NCBI RefSeq assembly: GCF_001433855.1
Contig: NZ_AZCP01000003.1
Span: 207,627 to 231,626 of the forward strand
From: Levilactobacillus brevis ATCC 14869 = DSM 20054
Lineage (GTDB): Bacteria > Bacillota > Bacilli > Lactobacillales > Lactobacillaceae
Direction of reading: 5' to 3'
Length of the DNA: 24,000 bases
In this document: piece by piece, positions 8,106 through 15,975 of the stretch
How the letters are laid out: each line of letters starts with the position of its first letter
Numbering within the stretch: the stretch's first letter is position 1
Position numbers and translations under genes: made by a program
The notes under the pieces: model-generated
The model's input: the letters and a program-made list of their open reading frames with translations, nothing else
Databases searched by the model: none
What the model was told of the DNA's origin: nothing

Positions 8106-8825
8106 ATGCGACCGATTATTGTGGCATTAGACGTGCCGACGCAACAGCAGGCCCTGGCATTGGTCGATCAATTGGCTAATGAGAACGACTTGATGGTCAA
8201 GGTTGGTATGGAGCTTTTTTATGCGGCGGGCCCGACGATAGTAACAGCTTTACGTCAACGTGGGGTAGCGGTTTTTTTGGATTTGAAGCTCTACGATATT
8301 CCCCATACTGTTGAACGGGCAATGTGCCAACTAGGGCGTCAAGAATTGGCTTTGGTCACGATTCATGCGAGCGGCGGCTCGGCAATGATCCGTGCGGCTA
8401 AACGAGGATTGGCACAGGGCGCTGCGATTGCGGGAGTTGCCCCAGCCAAATTGTTGGCCATTACGCAGTTGACCTCAACATCGGAGGTGCAGATGCAGGC
8501 TGAGCAATTAGTAACCGTTGATTTGCCCACTGTCGTTACCCATTTAGCCCGCTTAGCGCAACGGGCCGGTGCCGATGGTGTGGTATCTTCGGCACTGGAA
8601 ACCCCGCTAGTACACGCAGCGACAACGGCTGACTTTTTGAGTATTACGCCAGGAATCCGGTTAGCCCAGGATCGAGCTGACGACCAACAACGGATTGTCA
8701 CACCGGCCGAGGCTGTTGAGTTGGGCAGTGATGGCATTGTTGTGGGGCGTTCGATTACGCAAGCCAGTAATCCAGTTGTCGCTTATCACCAAATCTTACA
8801 GGAATGGGAGTCGACATGCAGATGA
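8106..8825 (+). CDS. pyrF: Orotidine-5'-phosphate decarboxylase
   Basis: 239 aa. Contains IVALDV...MVKVGMELF...FLDLKLYDIPHTV (the DxKxxD catalytic motif) and GIVVGRSIT at the C-terminus. Confidence 0.9.
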   Translation: MRPIIVALDVPTQQQALALVDQLANENDLMVKVGMELFYAAGPTIVTALRQRGVAVFLDLKLYDIPHTVERAMCQLGRQELALVTIHASGGSAMIRAAKRGLAQGAAIAGVAPAKLLAITQLTSTSEVQMQAEQLVTVDLPTVVTHLARLAQRAGADGVVSSALETPLVHAATTADFLSITPGIRLAQDRADDQQRIVTPAEAVELGSDGIVVGRSITQASNPVVAYHQILQEWESTCR

Positions 8826-9454
8826 TACCAGCAGAACAAATTGCGACAGATTTACTAACCATTGGAGCGGTGACGCTAGCACCTAATCATCCCTTCTTGT
8901 GGGCAAGTGGGATGCAAGCCCCAATCTATACGGATAATCGGCGAACAATTGCTTTTCCACAAGTGAGAACACATATCGCCGATGGCCTAGCAAACCTGAT
9001 TAAACACCGTTATCCAACGACCACGGTGATTAGTGGGGTGGCAACGGCGGGAATTCCCCATGCCGCATTAGTCGCAGATCGATTAAGTTTACCCATGAGT
9101 TATGTACGTGCTAAACCCAAAGATCATGGCAAGGGTAAGCAAATTGAAGGCCAAATGACGGCTAGTGATCGGGTGGTTCTGATTGATGATTTAATCTCAA
9201 CCGGAGGAAGTGTTTTAGCCGCTGCTAAAGCCGTTCGCAAGGCCGGCGCCACAGTGCTAGGCGTGGTTGCTATTTTTTCTTATGAATTACCAGATAGTGT
9301 GGTGAACTTTCAGCAGGCGGGGCTGGCCCTGACGCCACTAACAACGTACAGTACACTGATTACAGTAGCGCAGCAGCAAGCCAAAATAACGGCACCAGAA
9401 ATGGCGTCCTTGCGGCAGTGGCGTGAAGATCCGTGGGGCTGGATGTCCGTTTGA
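8816..9454 (+). CDS. pyrE: Orotate phosphoribosyltransferase
   Basis: PRPP-binding loop VVLIDDLISTGGS and N-terminal FLWASGMQAPIYTDNR. I chose the start at ATG 8816 (MQMIPAEQ) because GGGAG lies 5 nt upstream. It overlaps the pyrF stop by 10 nt. The track start at 8804 has no RBS. Confidence 0.9.
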   Translation: MQMIPAEQIATDLLTIGAVTLAPNHPFLWASGMQAPIYTDNRRTIAFPQVRTHIADGLANLIKHRYPTTTVISGVATAGIPHAALVADRLSLPMSYVRAKPKDHGKGKQIEGQMTASDRVVLIDDLISTGGSVLAAAKAVRKAGATVLGVVAIFSYELPDSVVNFQQAGLALTPLTTYSTLITVAQQQAKITAPEMASLRQWREDPWGWMSV

Positions 9455-9479
9455 TTGCGGTGAATTGACTCATTAACAG

Positions 9480-10226
9480 TTATTTCTGATACACAAACAC
9501 CAGGCGCTCTGAGGTTGAGTGCGATGCATCAAACCGGTAGTCGGGATGATCAAAGTCTTTTACGGCATCAATGGTGGTGACTTGGTTTTCAGCTAGGTAA
9601 CGTACCATCGCGCCCCGAGCCATTTTAGCCAACGTGGCTTTGGTCTTTAGCTTGCCGTTTACCAGACTGGCAAAAACTACGGTGATAAAGGGCTGATTAG
9701 GCTGCAGATAAGGGGTAATGGCCTTGGCATATTCCTGAGAGGCCAGATTGATAATTGGTTCCGTGGGTGCTACTAGAGCGTGATAGAGGCGATCACCCCA
9801 GAAAGCATATAAGTTAGTCGCTTCACCCACTGACAATCGGGCTTGCATTTCCAATCGATAGGGAACAATACCATCAAAAGGTCGTAGCAGACCATAAAAC
9901 CCAGATAGAATCCGGAGATTGTGGCGAACGTAATCTAAAGCAGGTGCCGTAAAGAGATCCGGTGCCATGTATTGGTACTGAAGGCCACGGTAGCTTAAGA
10001 GGGCGGGGGTAACTTGACGAGTTAAATCCATCTGATGGAGCCAATCGAAGTTGCGTTGAGCCAGCTTGTCACTACAATGCCATAACTGCTGCGCTTCTGG
10101 GTAAGTGAGTTGCCGTAGAACTTCTAGTAGTTGTTGGGCTTGTGATTGAAATTGGGGCTGGGTTTCGGGTGCAAAGTTGTCGAGATCCACGGCCATTTGC
10201 TTGGCCGGCGCAATAATCATTTTCAT
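9480..10226 (-). CDS. yaaA: YaaA-family peroxide stress protein (UPF0246/DUF328)
   Basis: 248 aa. The N-terminus MKMIIAPAKQM and the length are characteristic of YaaA. Confidence 0.8.
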   Translation of the reverse strand: MKMIIAPAKQMAVDLDNFAPETQPQFQSQAQQLLEVLRQLTYPEAQQLWHCSDKLAQRNFDWLHQMDLTRQVTPALLSYRGLQYQYMAPDLFTAPALDYVRHNLRILSGFYGLLRPFDGIVPYRLEMQARLSVGEATNLYAFWGDRLYHALVAPTEPIINLASQEYAKAITPYLQPNQPFITVVFASLVNGKLKTKATLAKMARGAMVRYLAENQVTTIDAVKDFDHPDYRFDASHSTSERLVFVYQK

Positions 10227-10271
10227 AAATCCACGTCGTTTCTTTCAGAGTTGTTCCTATCGTAGCATATT

Positions 10272-10320
10272 AAAAAGCCAGTCACACTTTTCGATATTGA
10301 GAAAGTGTGGCTGACTTTTT
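10272..10320 (-). terminator. Terminator of the GH30 gene (also usable in the + direction)
   Basis: aaaaagccagtcacacttt-tcgatattgag-aaagtgtggctgacttttt is a long, mostly paired stem flanked by A and T runs. It lies 2 nt after the GH30 stop. Confidence 0.55.
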
Positions 10321-10322
10321 GA

Positions 10323-11855
10323 TTAATGCTGTCCAGGGGCGACATCACTATGATTAGCGGGTGTTGGATTCAGAGGAAATTCATCATCCGTAGGCACGTT
10401 CGTGGCGTTGAGCGGAGCATCTGACTTGTGTAGGGTGACGGTCCCATATGGCGGAACGGTGACCAATTGCCAATTAGCGCCGTTACCGTTAATGGTGACG
10501 GCGGCCTGAATCGGTTGGGCGGTTGGGTTGTAAAGGTATGCGGCAATGTCGCCAGCGGTTCCTAAAAAGGCCACAGAGCCTAGCCCACCCGTATAGCCAT
10601 CACGGGTATAGTTGGTGGAACCAATGACGGTTGCGCCCACGCTAACATCCTGACCGAAGTTTCGCAGCATGAAGTATTCCAGGTTACGCTGGACTTTCCC
10701 GGTCGTATGGTCAATGGTGACGACACCTTCTCGCCCAGTGGAGTCCGCAGCGTTGGGCAGACCTCGTTCATCGAGCGCTAGGTTCCACAAGGTAATCATA
10801 CTGAGACCGTTGTGAACTAACCAGTTACCGATAATCCCAAACATAATATGAGCGGCTTCTTCAGGCGTGTCGGTCATCATGCATCGACGTTCAGTCATGA
10901 TCGTGGACCAATTGGGATAAGCACGGTTGGCGTGATAGAGGTTGTCATAGGGGCCCGAGTAGGTGTGAACGGCCAGTCCGTCAAATGCGGCGGCCTGCTC
11001 TGGGGTGACTTCCGCCGTAATCGGCTTGGTCAACGCATGAAAACTATCATCTAATAGGTAAAGTTTGGTATCGGGGAAACTATGATTTAATGCCGGGCGA
11101 AGATAACGGTAACCAAAGTCAGCTAGCTGGGGAACCGTCCAAATCATAGCTGGCCAGTGAGCGGCGTTCGACGGTTCATTTTGAATGGTGAGCCCATAGA
11201 TGGGGATGCCCAGTTTTTGATAGGCCTCAATATACCGAATAAAGTACTGGGCATAAATATATTCGAAACGATTTTCCTCGGTATAGCCATTGCCAGTGAA
11301 TTCGCCAAACCGCAGATGACCACCATGGGTCAAATGACCTGTGTTTTTCATCCATGCAGGGGCGGACCATGGTGAAGCAATGACTTTCACGGCCGGATTA
11401 ATGGCCAAGATCTCTTGTAGGACGGGGACGATGTGTTTTAAATCTTTGGTGGCATCTGGTGCGCCTGGCTGACCAGTACCGATGGAGAACTGTTCCAGCT
11501 TCTGATCGTGCTCACCATACGGGACGTCATCGTAGGTATAAAAATCTTGGCTTTGAAAATCGCAAGATCCTAGAGGCACCCGCACGCTAGAAAAGCCGCC
11601 TTGCTCGGGATCAAATAGTTCAGTTAACAGGGCATGCCGTTGTTCAGCGCTCATGACGGACCATAAGAGATACGCAGCTGAGTCCGTAATAGCAGCTCCG
11701 CCACCTAACCATGGTTGATGACGGTCGGCGGGGTCAATGATAATTTTTACGGCCGCTGCGCTAGTCGATTGATAATCGGGTGTTGCTAGCGGTGTGCGGC
11801 GCTGCGTTAGATCGCCGGAAGTGGCGGTCCAGAATTCATGTTGGAACTTCTTCAT
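10323..11855 (-). CDS. Glycoside hydrolase family 30 (glucosylceramidase-like O-glycosyl hydrolase)
   Basis: 510 aa. Contains FGGAxT-like WLGGGAAITDSAAYLL, WSAPAWMK, and TIQNEPS (the GH30 acid/base NEP motif). GGAGG lies 8 nt upstream. Confidence 0.8.
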   Translation of the reverse strand: MKKFQHEFWTATSGDLTQRRTPLATPDYQSTSAAAVKIIIDPADRHQPWLGGGAAITDSAAYLLWSVMSAEQRHALLTELFDPEQGGFSSVRVPLGSCDFQSQDFYTYDDVPYGEHDQKLEQFSIGTGQPGAPDATKDLKHIVPVLQEILAINPAVKVIASPWSAPAWMKNTGHLTHGGHLRFGEFTGNGYTEENRFEYIYAQYFIRYIEAYQKLGIPIYGLTIQNEPSNAAHWPAMIWTVPQLADFGYRYLRPALNHSFPDTKLYLLDDSFHALTKPITAEVTPEQAAAFDGLAVHTYSGPYDNLYHANRAYPNWSTIMTERRCMMTDTPEEAAHIMFGIIGNWLVHNGLSMITLWNLALDERGLPNAADSTGREGVVTIDHTTGKVQRNLEYFMLRNFGQDVSVGATVIGSTNYTRDGYTGGLGSVAFLGTAGDIAAYLYNPTAQPIQAAVTINGNGANWQLVTVPPYGTVTLHKSDAPLNATNVPTDDEFPLNPTPANHSDVAPGQH

Positions 11856-11967
11856 AAATAAAGCCTCCAGTCAGTAAGGATGTATAACTCTAGCGTAACC
11901 GTTTTCTTAAAAGCTGTCCATAGCGAATGCTGTGGTAAATTTGTCCTAATGGAAAGTGGTGACTGAT

Positions 11968-11981
11968 TGTGAGCGCGTACT
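11968..11981. promoter_or_regulatory. Weak cre-like (CcpA) box in the GH30/araC divergent region
   Basis: TGTGAGCGCGTACT has 2 mismatches to the consensus TGWNANCGNTNWCA. Confidence 0.3.
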
Positions 11982-12021
11982 AATCATGATAAGCTTGGTC
12001 GTAAGAATATGATGGAAAAGC

Positions 12022-12900
12022 TTGGGGGAAACCGGTGTGGCACAATCACAAGTATTTCAGGCTATCGAATCAACCGTTTATCTATATGGTGGGCATTTTC
12101 AACAGAATTTTCCCAATTGGCATTATCCGCAAGAACAACATCAATTATTTGAAATGGTTGTGGTATTGCAGGGAACGGAGACCGTATTTATGGGAACACG
12201 GCGGTGCGTATTATCTGCGGGGGAAGCCATGATTATCACTCCTGAAACCGCGCATGAAAGTTTTAATTTCTGTGGTAATCGGCTACGCTTCTTCTGTTTT
12301 CACTTTAGTGTCGGCGATTTGGCGTTGAAAACGCAAATTATTCAAAATTTGGGAAATACGGTATTAGCTGCTGATACGCCGTTAGCGCAGGCCGCCCAGC
12401 GGTTGATTCAACGGTTTAGTGCGTTACAAGCAGCCCAACAACAGCCGGACTGGACGCTGAATATGGAAATTGCTTTTTTGCAGTTCATGGCGGTTGTTAG
12501 TCAAGCACCCCGAGTCGTTGCACCGGTGGCACAATTACCAGAACAGCAGGTCATCTTGGCGCAAAAAATGGCGACGTTATTATTTCAGAAGGGGCCGCGA
12601 CCGCAGTCATTTCAAGCCGTTTGTGCAGCGCTTAATTTTAGTACGACGTATGGTCATACTGTTTTTAAGCGCGTGTATGGGATTACGCCAAGTACCTACA
12701 CGAAAGAACGACGTTTCAGCCGTGCCAAGGTGTTGTTAGAGATTGGTGAAAAATCAATGGCCGAAATTGCGGTAGACCTAGCCTTTAGCAGTCAAGCCAG
12801 CTTTAGCAAGCAATTTAAGTTGTGGTCGGGAATGACGCCCAGTGATTTTCGACAAACCCAGCGGCGGCATCAGTCACAAGCTAACTACTTGAACCAGTGA
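12022..12900 (+). CDS. AraC-family transcriptional regulator (cupin-like N-domain plus C-terminal double HTH)
   Basis: The C-terminus FSTTYGHTVFKRVYGITPSTYTKERRFSRAKVLLEIGEKSMAEIAVDLAFSSQASFSKQFKLWSGMTPSDFR is a canonical AraC HTH. The start is uncertain: TTG 12022 or GTG 12037. Confidence 0.75.
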   Translation: MGETGVAQSQVFQAIESTVYLYGGHFQQNFPNWHYPQEQHQLFEMVVVLQGTETVFMGTRRCVLSAGEAMIITPETAHESFNFCGNRLRFFCFHFSVGDLALKTQIIQNLGNTVLAADTPLAQAAQRLIQRFSALQAAQQQPDWTLNMEIAFLQFMAVVSQAPRVVAPVAQLPEQQVILAQKMATLLFQKGPRPQSFQAVCAALNFSTTYGHTVFKRVYGITPSTYTKERRFSRAKVLLEIGEKSMAEIAVDLAFSSQASFSKQFKLWSGMTPSDFRQTQRRHQSQANYLNQ

Positions 12901-12926
12901 GTCGGTGGCCAATCGCTGTATTTTAC

Positions 12927-12955
12927 TTGACACAGTTGACTGGTCGTTTGAAAAT
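12927..12955 (+). promoter_or_regulatory. Candidate promoter of the yjdF-like gene
   Basis: TTGACA at 12927-12932, a 17-nt spacer, then GAAAAT at 12950-12955. Confidence 0.3.
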
Positions 12956-12974
12956 ATAAATGACAGAATAAAAA

Positions 12975-13072
12975 ACACGGTCTGGTTGGTAGTCCAGGCG
13001 CGGCCAAAAGCCGTCAGTAACCTGCCTCCTTGGTTGTCCCTATTTTGTTAGTCATTTTAGGGAGGTGTTAGT
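12975..13072 (+). promoter_or_regulatory. Structured 5' leader; candidate yjdF-motif riboswitch (translational)
   Basis: There are two small hairpins: gtctgg..ccaggc at 12980-12999 and cggc-caaaa-gccg at 13001-13013. Two mutually exclusive anti-SD segments, cctcctt at 13025-13031 and tcccta at 13037-13042, can each pair with the SD tagggagg at 13058-13065. The downstream gene belongs to the YjdF family, after which the yjdF RNA motif is named. Confidence 0.35.
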
Positions 13073-13489
13073 TTGGTGATTCATAGCAAGCTAACAGTAT
13101 TTTTTGATCAAGCGTTCTATCGGGGCGTGTTCGAACAATGGACGCCAACCGGCTATCAGGTGGCGCGAGTGACCTTTGGGACTCAACCCCCATCTGCCCC
13201 ACAACTGCAACAAGTGATTTGGCAGCGGTGGCCGACTTTGCAATGGACGGCTCCGACGAGGGTCGTGGTGAGTGAGACCCATCATCGGGTCAAACAACGC
13301 CAACGTGCTGCCCAGCGTGAGCTTAAGCAACACGGGGCCCGACAACGGGCAACCGTGTTGCTTAAGACAGAGCATCGCCAAAACTTGCAGTTGAAAAAAC
13401 AACGGCAGCGTCAAGCGCGGGTTCAGCATGCCGCGGTGGTTCGTCAAAAACAGCAGGCTAAGCGGCTGGCTAAACGTCGCGGGCATTGA
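13073..13489 (+). CDS. yjdF: YjdF-family protein (DUF2992-like) with a highly basic Q/R/K-rich C-terminal tail
   Basis: The N-terminus LTVFFDQAFYRGVFEQ...YQVARVTFG matches my recollection of B. subtilis YjdF (LTIYYDGQFWVGV...). The C-terminal half is R/K/Q-rich. Start is TTG 13073 or GTG 13076, 7-10 nt after AGGGAGG. Confidence 0.7.
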   Translation: MVIHSKLTVFFDQAFYRGVFEQWTPTGYQVARVTFGTQPPSAPQLQQVIWQRWPTLQWTAPTRVVVSETHHRVKQRQRAAQRELKQHGARQRATVLLKTEHRQNLQLKKQRQRQARVQHAAVVRQKQQAKRLAKRRGH

Positions 13490-13508
13490 TAAAAAATACC
13501 AGCATAGG

Positions 13509-13541
13509 GCCTGGGACTGACTAAAGTCTCGGGCTCTTTTT
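13509..13541 (+). terminator. Rho-independent terminator
   Basis: gcctgggact-gactaa-agtctcgggc gives a 10-bp stem with 2 G-U pairs, followed by tcttttt. Confidence 0.6.
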
Positions 13542-13621
13542 GCGTTTCCAAATATTGGGGGTCGAAATGTGCGTCAGTTAACCGCCCTTTGCCCCACTCT
13601 CAGATAGCGTGAGCATATTCA

Positions 13622-13651
13622 TTGATCCAAGATTAATTAATAAGTTATACT
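13622..13651 (+). promoter_or_regulatory. Candidate promoter of the glsB/csbD-like pair
   Basis: TTGATC at 13622-13627, an 18-nt spacer, then TATACT at 13646-13651. Confidence 0.35.
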
Positions 13652-13700
13652 GATTTAACAGATAGATGATTAACAAATCAGATTGAAAGGAGTGACGGCA

Positions 13701-13952
13701 ATGTTTGGATGGTTATGGTCATTAATCGTTGGTGCAATTATTGGTGCTATCGCGGGAGCAATTACGAATCGTGGTGCGTCAATGGGTTGGATTGCCAACA
13801 TTTTAGCAGGGCTGATAGGTTCCTGGTTAGGGCAAAGCTTACTGGGAAGTTGGGGACCGTCACTGGCCGGGATGGCTTTAGTGCCTTCAATCCTGGGTGC
13901 GATTATTTTAGTCTTAATCGTGTCGGCAGTTATGGGTTCTCGTCATAAATAA
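13701..13952 (+). CDS. GlsB/YeaQ/YmgE-family (transglycosylase-associated) small stress membrane protein
   Basis: MFGWLWSLIVGAIIGAIAGAIT...GWIANILAGLIGSWLG is the family signature. Start moved to ATG 13701, 8 nt after AAAGGAG. The track start at 13683 is a TTG. Confidence 0.8.
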   Translation: MFGWLWSLIVGAIIGAIAGAITNRGASMGWIANILAGLIGSWLGQSLLGSWGPSLAGMALVPSILGAIILVLIVSAVMGSRHK

Positions 13953-13965
13953 GGAGGATACTGGT

Positions 13966-14232
13966 ATGAAAAATCTTGTATTGGGTATTAGCTTAGCAAC
14001 GAACGTAGCCTTGGCATATTTGTTATTGCAGGACAAAGATCAATTAAAGGAACTGCAATCGCGCGCCGACAATGCTGCTGATAAGGTAGCTGGTAAAGCC
14101 GAACAAATCAAAGGGGCCATTACCGGTGACACTGGCGATAAGCTGAAAGGCAACTGGGACGAAGGCAAAGGCGAAGCAAAGGACCTCGTTGATGATGTCC
14201 GTAAAGATTTTGAGGCTGGGTCTGAAGAATAA
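13966..14232 (+). CDS. CsbD-like general stress protein with an N-terminal hydrophobic anchor
   Basis: KVAGKAEQIKGAITGDTGDKLKGNWDEGKGEAKD is a CsbD-type repeat. The N-terminal LVLGISLATNVALAYLLL is hydrophobic. AAGGAGGA RBS. Confidence 0.7.
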   Translation: MKNLVLGISLATNVALAYLLLQDKDQLKELQSRADNAADKVAGKAEQIKGAITGDTGDKLKGNWDEGKGEAKDLVDDVRKDFEAGSEE

Positions 14233-14240
14233 AATGAGTG

Positions 14241-14280
14241 AAAACCATCATGTCCCTCTATCAGGGCATGATGGTTTTTT
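14241..14280. terminator. Bidirectional terminator between csbD-like (+) and abfA (-)
   Basis: aaaaccatcatgtccct-ctatc-agggcatgatggtttttt is a long stem with an A-run and a T-run on either side. Confidence 0.7.
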
Positions 14281-14285
14281 AGTGA

Positions 14286-15791
14286 TCAATCTCGGAGCTT
14301 AAACCGCAAGACGTTCCAAGATAGTGGTTGTAATTTAGTGTTCGCATGATGGGTGTCAGTCCTAGCAGGCAATGGTTGTAGCTGCATATGACCATCGCGA
14401 TTATCAGCTTTGACATCGTAACCGTAAAATTGCGTGGCATCAAGTAGCCGATCAATCATCAGCTCGCCGAAATTAAGCTCAAAGTCAAGCGTTTCTGTTT
14501 GGTGTTTATTTTCGGCAAAGACGGTGACGGTCTGGGTAGCCGCGTCATAGGTGGTGACGGTATCCAGATAAGCCACATCGGTGAACTCACGGGAATTGTA
14601 GGTGGATGATGTGCTGTGATCGGTGAGGACGACCCCTTGACCGTAGTTGGCCACCTGCATAAATGGATAGAAGATGGATTGCCGCCAGATACCACCATTT
14701 TCATCCGTCATGATGGGCGCAATCACGTTAACGAGTTGTGCCAAACAAGCGATCTTGACGCGATCAGCATTGCGCAAGAGGGTCATGAGGAGACTGCCAA
14801 TTAATAGCGCGTCTTCGAAATTATAGATATCCTCTAAGAGATGGGGGCCGACTTGCCATGGGGTAACCTGGGTATCAGCGTCGTTGGAATGATACCAGAC
14901 ATTCCATTCGTCAAAGGATAAGTTAATCGTCTTAGTTGACCGTTTACGGGCCTTAACGGCATCGCACATAGCAACGACGCCCTTGATAAAGTCATCTAAG
15001 TCATGATTTTTACCTAAGAAATTATCTAGTTCGGTTGGGTCGTCATCATTGTAGTAGCCGTAGTAACGATGGAGCGACAGGTAATCGACGTTATCGTAGC
15101 AAGCATCAAGGACGGTTTCTTCCCAATTACCAAAGGTGGGATTGTCCATTGACGAGCTGCCACAGGCGACCAGTTCCAGAGTGTCATCAACGCGACGCAT
15201 GGCCTTAGCGGTCTCGTTAGCCAAGTGGGCATATTCGCCTGCCGATTTCGCACCAATTTCCCATGGCCCGTCCATTTCATTACCCAAACACCACGTTTTA
15301 ATGGCAAAGGGGTGCTCAGCACCATTCTGGCGACGAAGATCACTTAAATAAGTGCCTTTAGGAAAATTACAATATTCGACTAAGTCAGCAGCCGCTTGAA
15401 TTCCCCGAGTGCCGAGATTGACGGCCATATTGGGGACAGCATTGACTTTATCTGCCCAACGCATAAACTCGTGAAGGCCAAACTGGTTGGTTTCGAGTTC
15501 CCGCCAAGCCAAGTCCAACCGGACGGGGCGCTGGCTTTTGGGACCAATGCCATCCTCCCATCGATATTGCGAAAGAAAGTTCCCACCAGGATAGCGAATG
15601 AGCGGTACGTTCAGAGTTTTTACGGCATCAATGACATCGGTCCGGAAGCCATCTGAGTCGGCGGTGGGATGATCAGGTTGATAGATACCGGTGTAAACGG
15701 CACGTCCTAATTGCTCGATAAAGGAGCCATATAGCCGGCGGTCGATTGGGGCGACAACGTCTTGGATTTGAATCTTTGTAGAACCTTGCAT
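14286..15791 (-). CDS. abfA: Alpha-L-arabinofuranosidase, glycoside hydrolase family 51
   Basis: Contains RYPGGNFLSQYRWEDGIGP and WCLGNEMDGPWEIG (GH51 acid/base Glu), with a typical length. Start moved to ATG 15791 (MQGSTKIQ), 8 nt after GGAGG. The track start at 15806 overlaps that RBS. Confidence 0.85.
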   Translation of the reverse strand: MQGSTKIQIQDVVAPIDRRLYGSFIEQLGRAVYTGIYQPDHPTADSDGFRTDVIDAVKTLNVPLIRYPGGNFLSQYRWEDGIGPKSQRPVRLDLAWRELETNQFGLHEFMRWADKVNAVPNMAVNLGTRGIQAAADLVEYCNFPKGTYLSDLRRQNGAEHPFAIKTWCLGNEMDGPWEIGAKSAGEYAHLANETAKAMRRVDDTLELVACGSSSMDNPTFGNWEETVLDACYDNVDYLSLHRYYGYYNDDDPTELDNFLGKNHDLDDFIKGVVAMCDAVKARKRSTKTINLSFDEWNVWYHSNDADTQVTPWQVGPHLLEDIYNFEDALLIGSLLMTLLRNADRVKIACLAQLVNVIAPIMTDENGGIWRQSIFYPFMQVANYGQGVVLTDHSTSSTYNSREFTDVAYLDTVTTYDAATQTVTVFAENKHQTETLDFELNFGELMIDRLLDATQFYGYDVKADNRDGHMQLQPLPARTDTHHANTKLQPLSWNVLRFKLRD

Positions 15792-15808
15792 GCGTTTGAC
15801 CTCCATAA

Positions 15809-15822
15809 TGATAACGCTTACT
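15809..15822. promoter_or_regulatory. cre (CcpA catabolite-responsive element) in the abfA leader
   Basis: TGATAACGCTTACT reads aGTAAGCGTTATCA on the abfA sense strand, with 1 mismatch to TGWNANCGNTNWCA. It lies just upstream of the abfA RBS and start. Confidence 0.5.
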
Positions 15823-15975
15823 TAAAAAGTTACCTTTACTATAACGAAGGAAATCTTTAGTGAACATGGGAGATTTCACTGGGAATTTATAATTTTTATC
15901 CCAGTTTAGACGATGCAGGCGTGTGTTAAACTGGGTGAGGAATACGGAAATTTTTACATAAAAGGATGGGGTATT

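Noticed and set aside
8363-8737. 124-aa ORF antisense to pyrF; the same applies to 1760-1942, 2788-3003, 4909-5124, 6900-7082, 10580-10771, 10848-11054, 11144-11375, 14459-14804, 15026-15656, 16323-16631 and 17581-17823
   Set aside because: All are nested within, and antisense or out of frame to, long ORFs with clear family motifs. These are typical spurious frames in roughly 50% GC DNA.
9455-9479. 25-bp gap between convergent pyrE and yaaA with no hairpin
   Set aside because: I could not find a stem or T-run here. Termination probably occurs inside the opposing gene or is Rho-dependent. This is not distinctive enough to report as a finding.
12035-12739. Alternative-frame ORFs 12035-12232 and 12470-12739 within the AraC gene
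   Set aside because: They are out of frame with the ORF that carries the canonical AraC HTH. The ATG at 12012 belongs to this other frame, which stops after about 70 codons.
13091-13486. 131-aa ORF antisense to the yjdF-like gene
   Set aside because: It is a shadow frame of a GC-rich, Q/R-codon-rich gene, with no RBS. The sense-strand product has a recognisable family N-terminus.
15673-15879. 68-aa minus-strand ORF overlapping the abfA start region
   Set aside because: It overlaps the abfA N-terminal coding region, the cre box and the promoter. It is better explained as non-coding leader.
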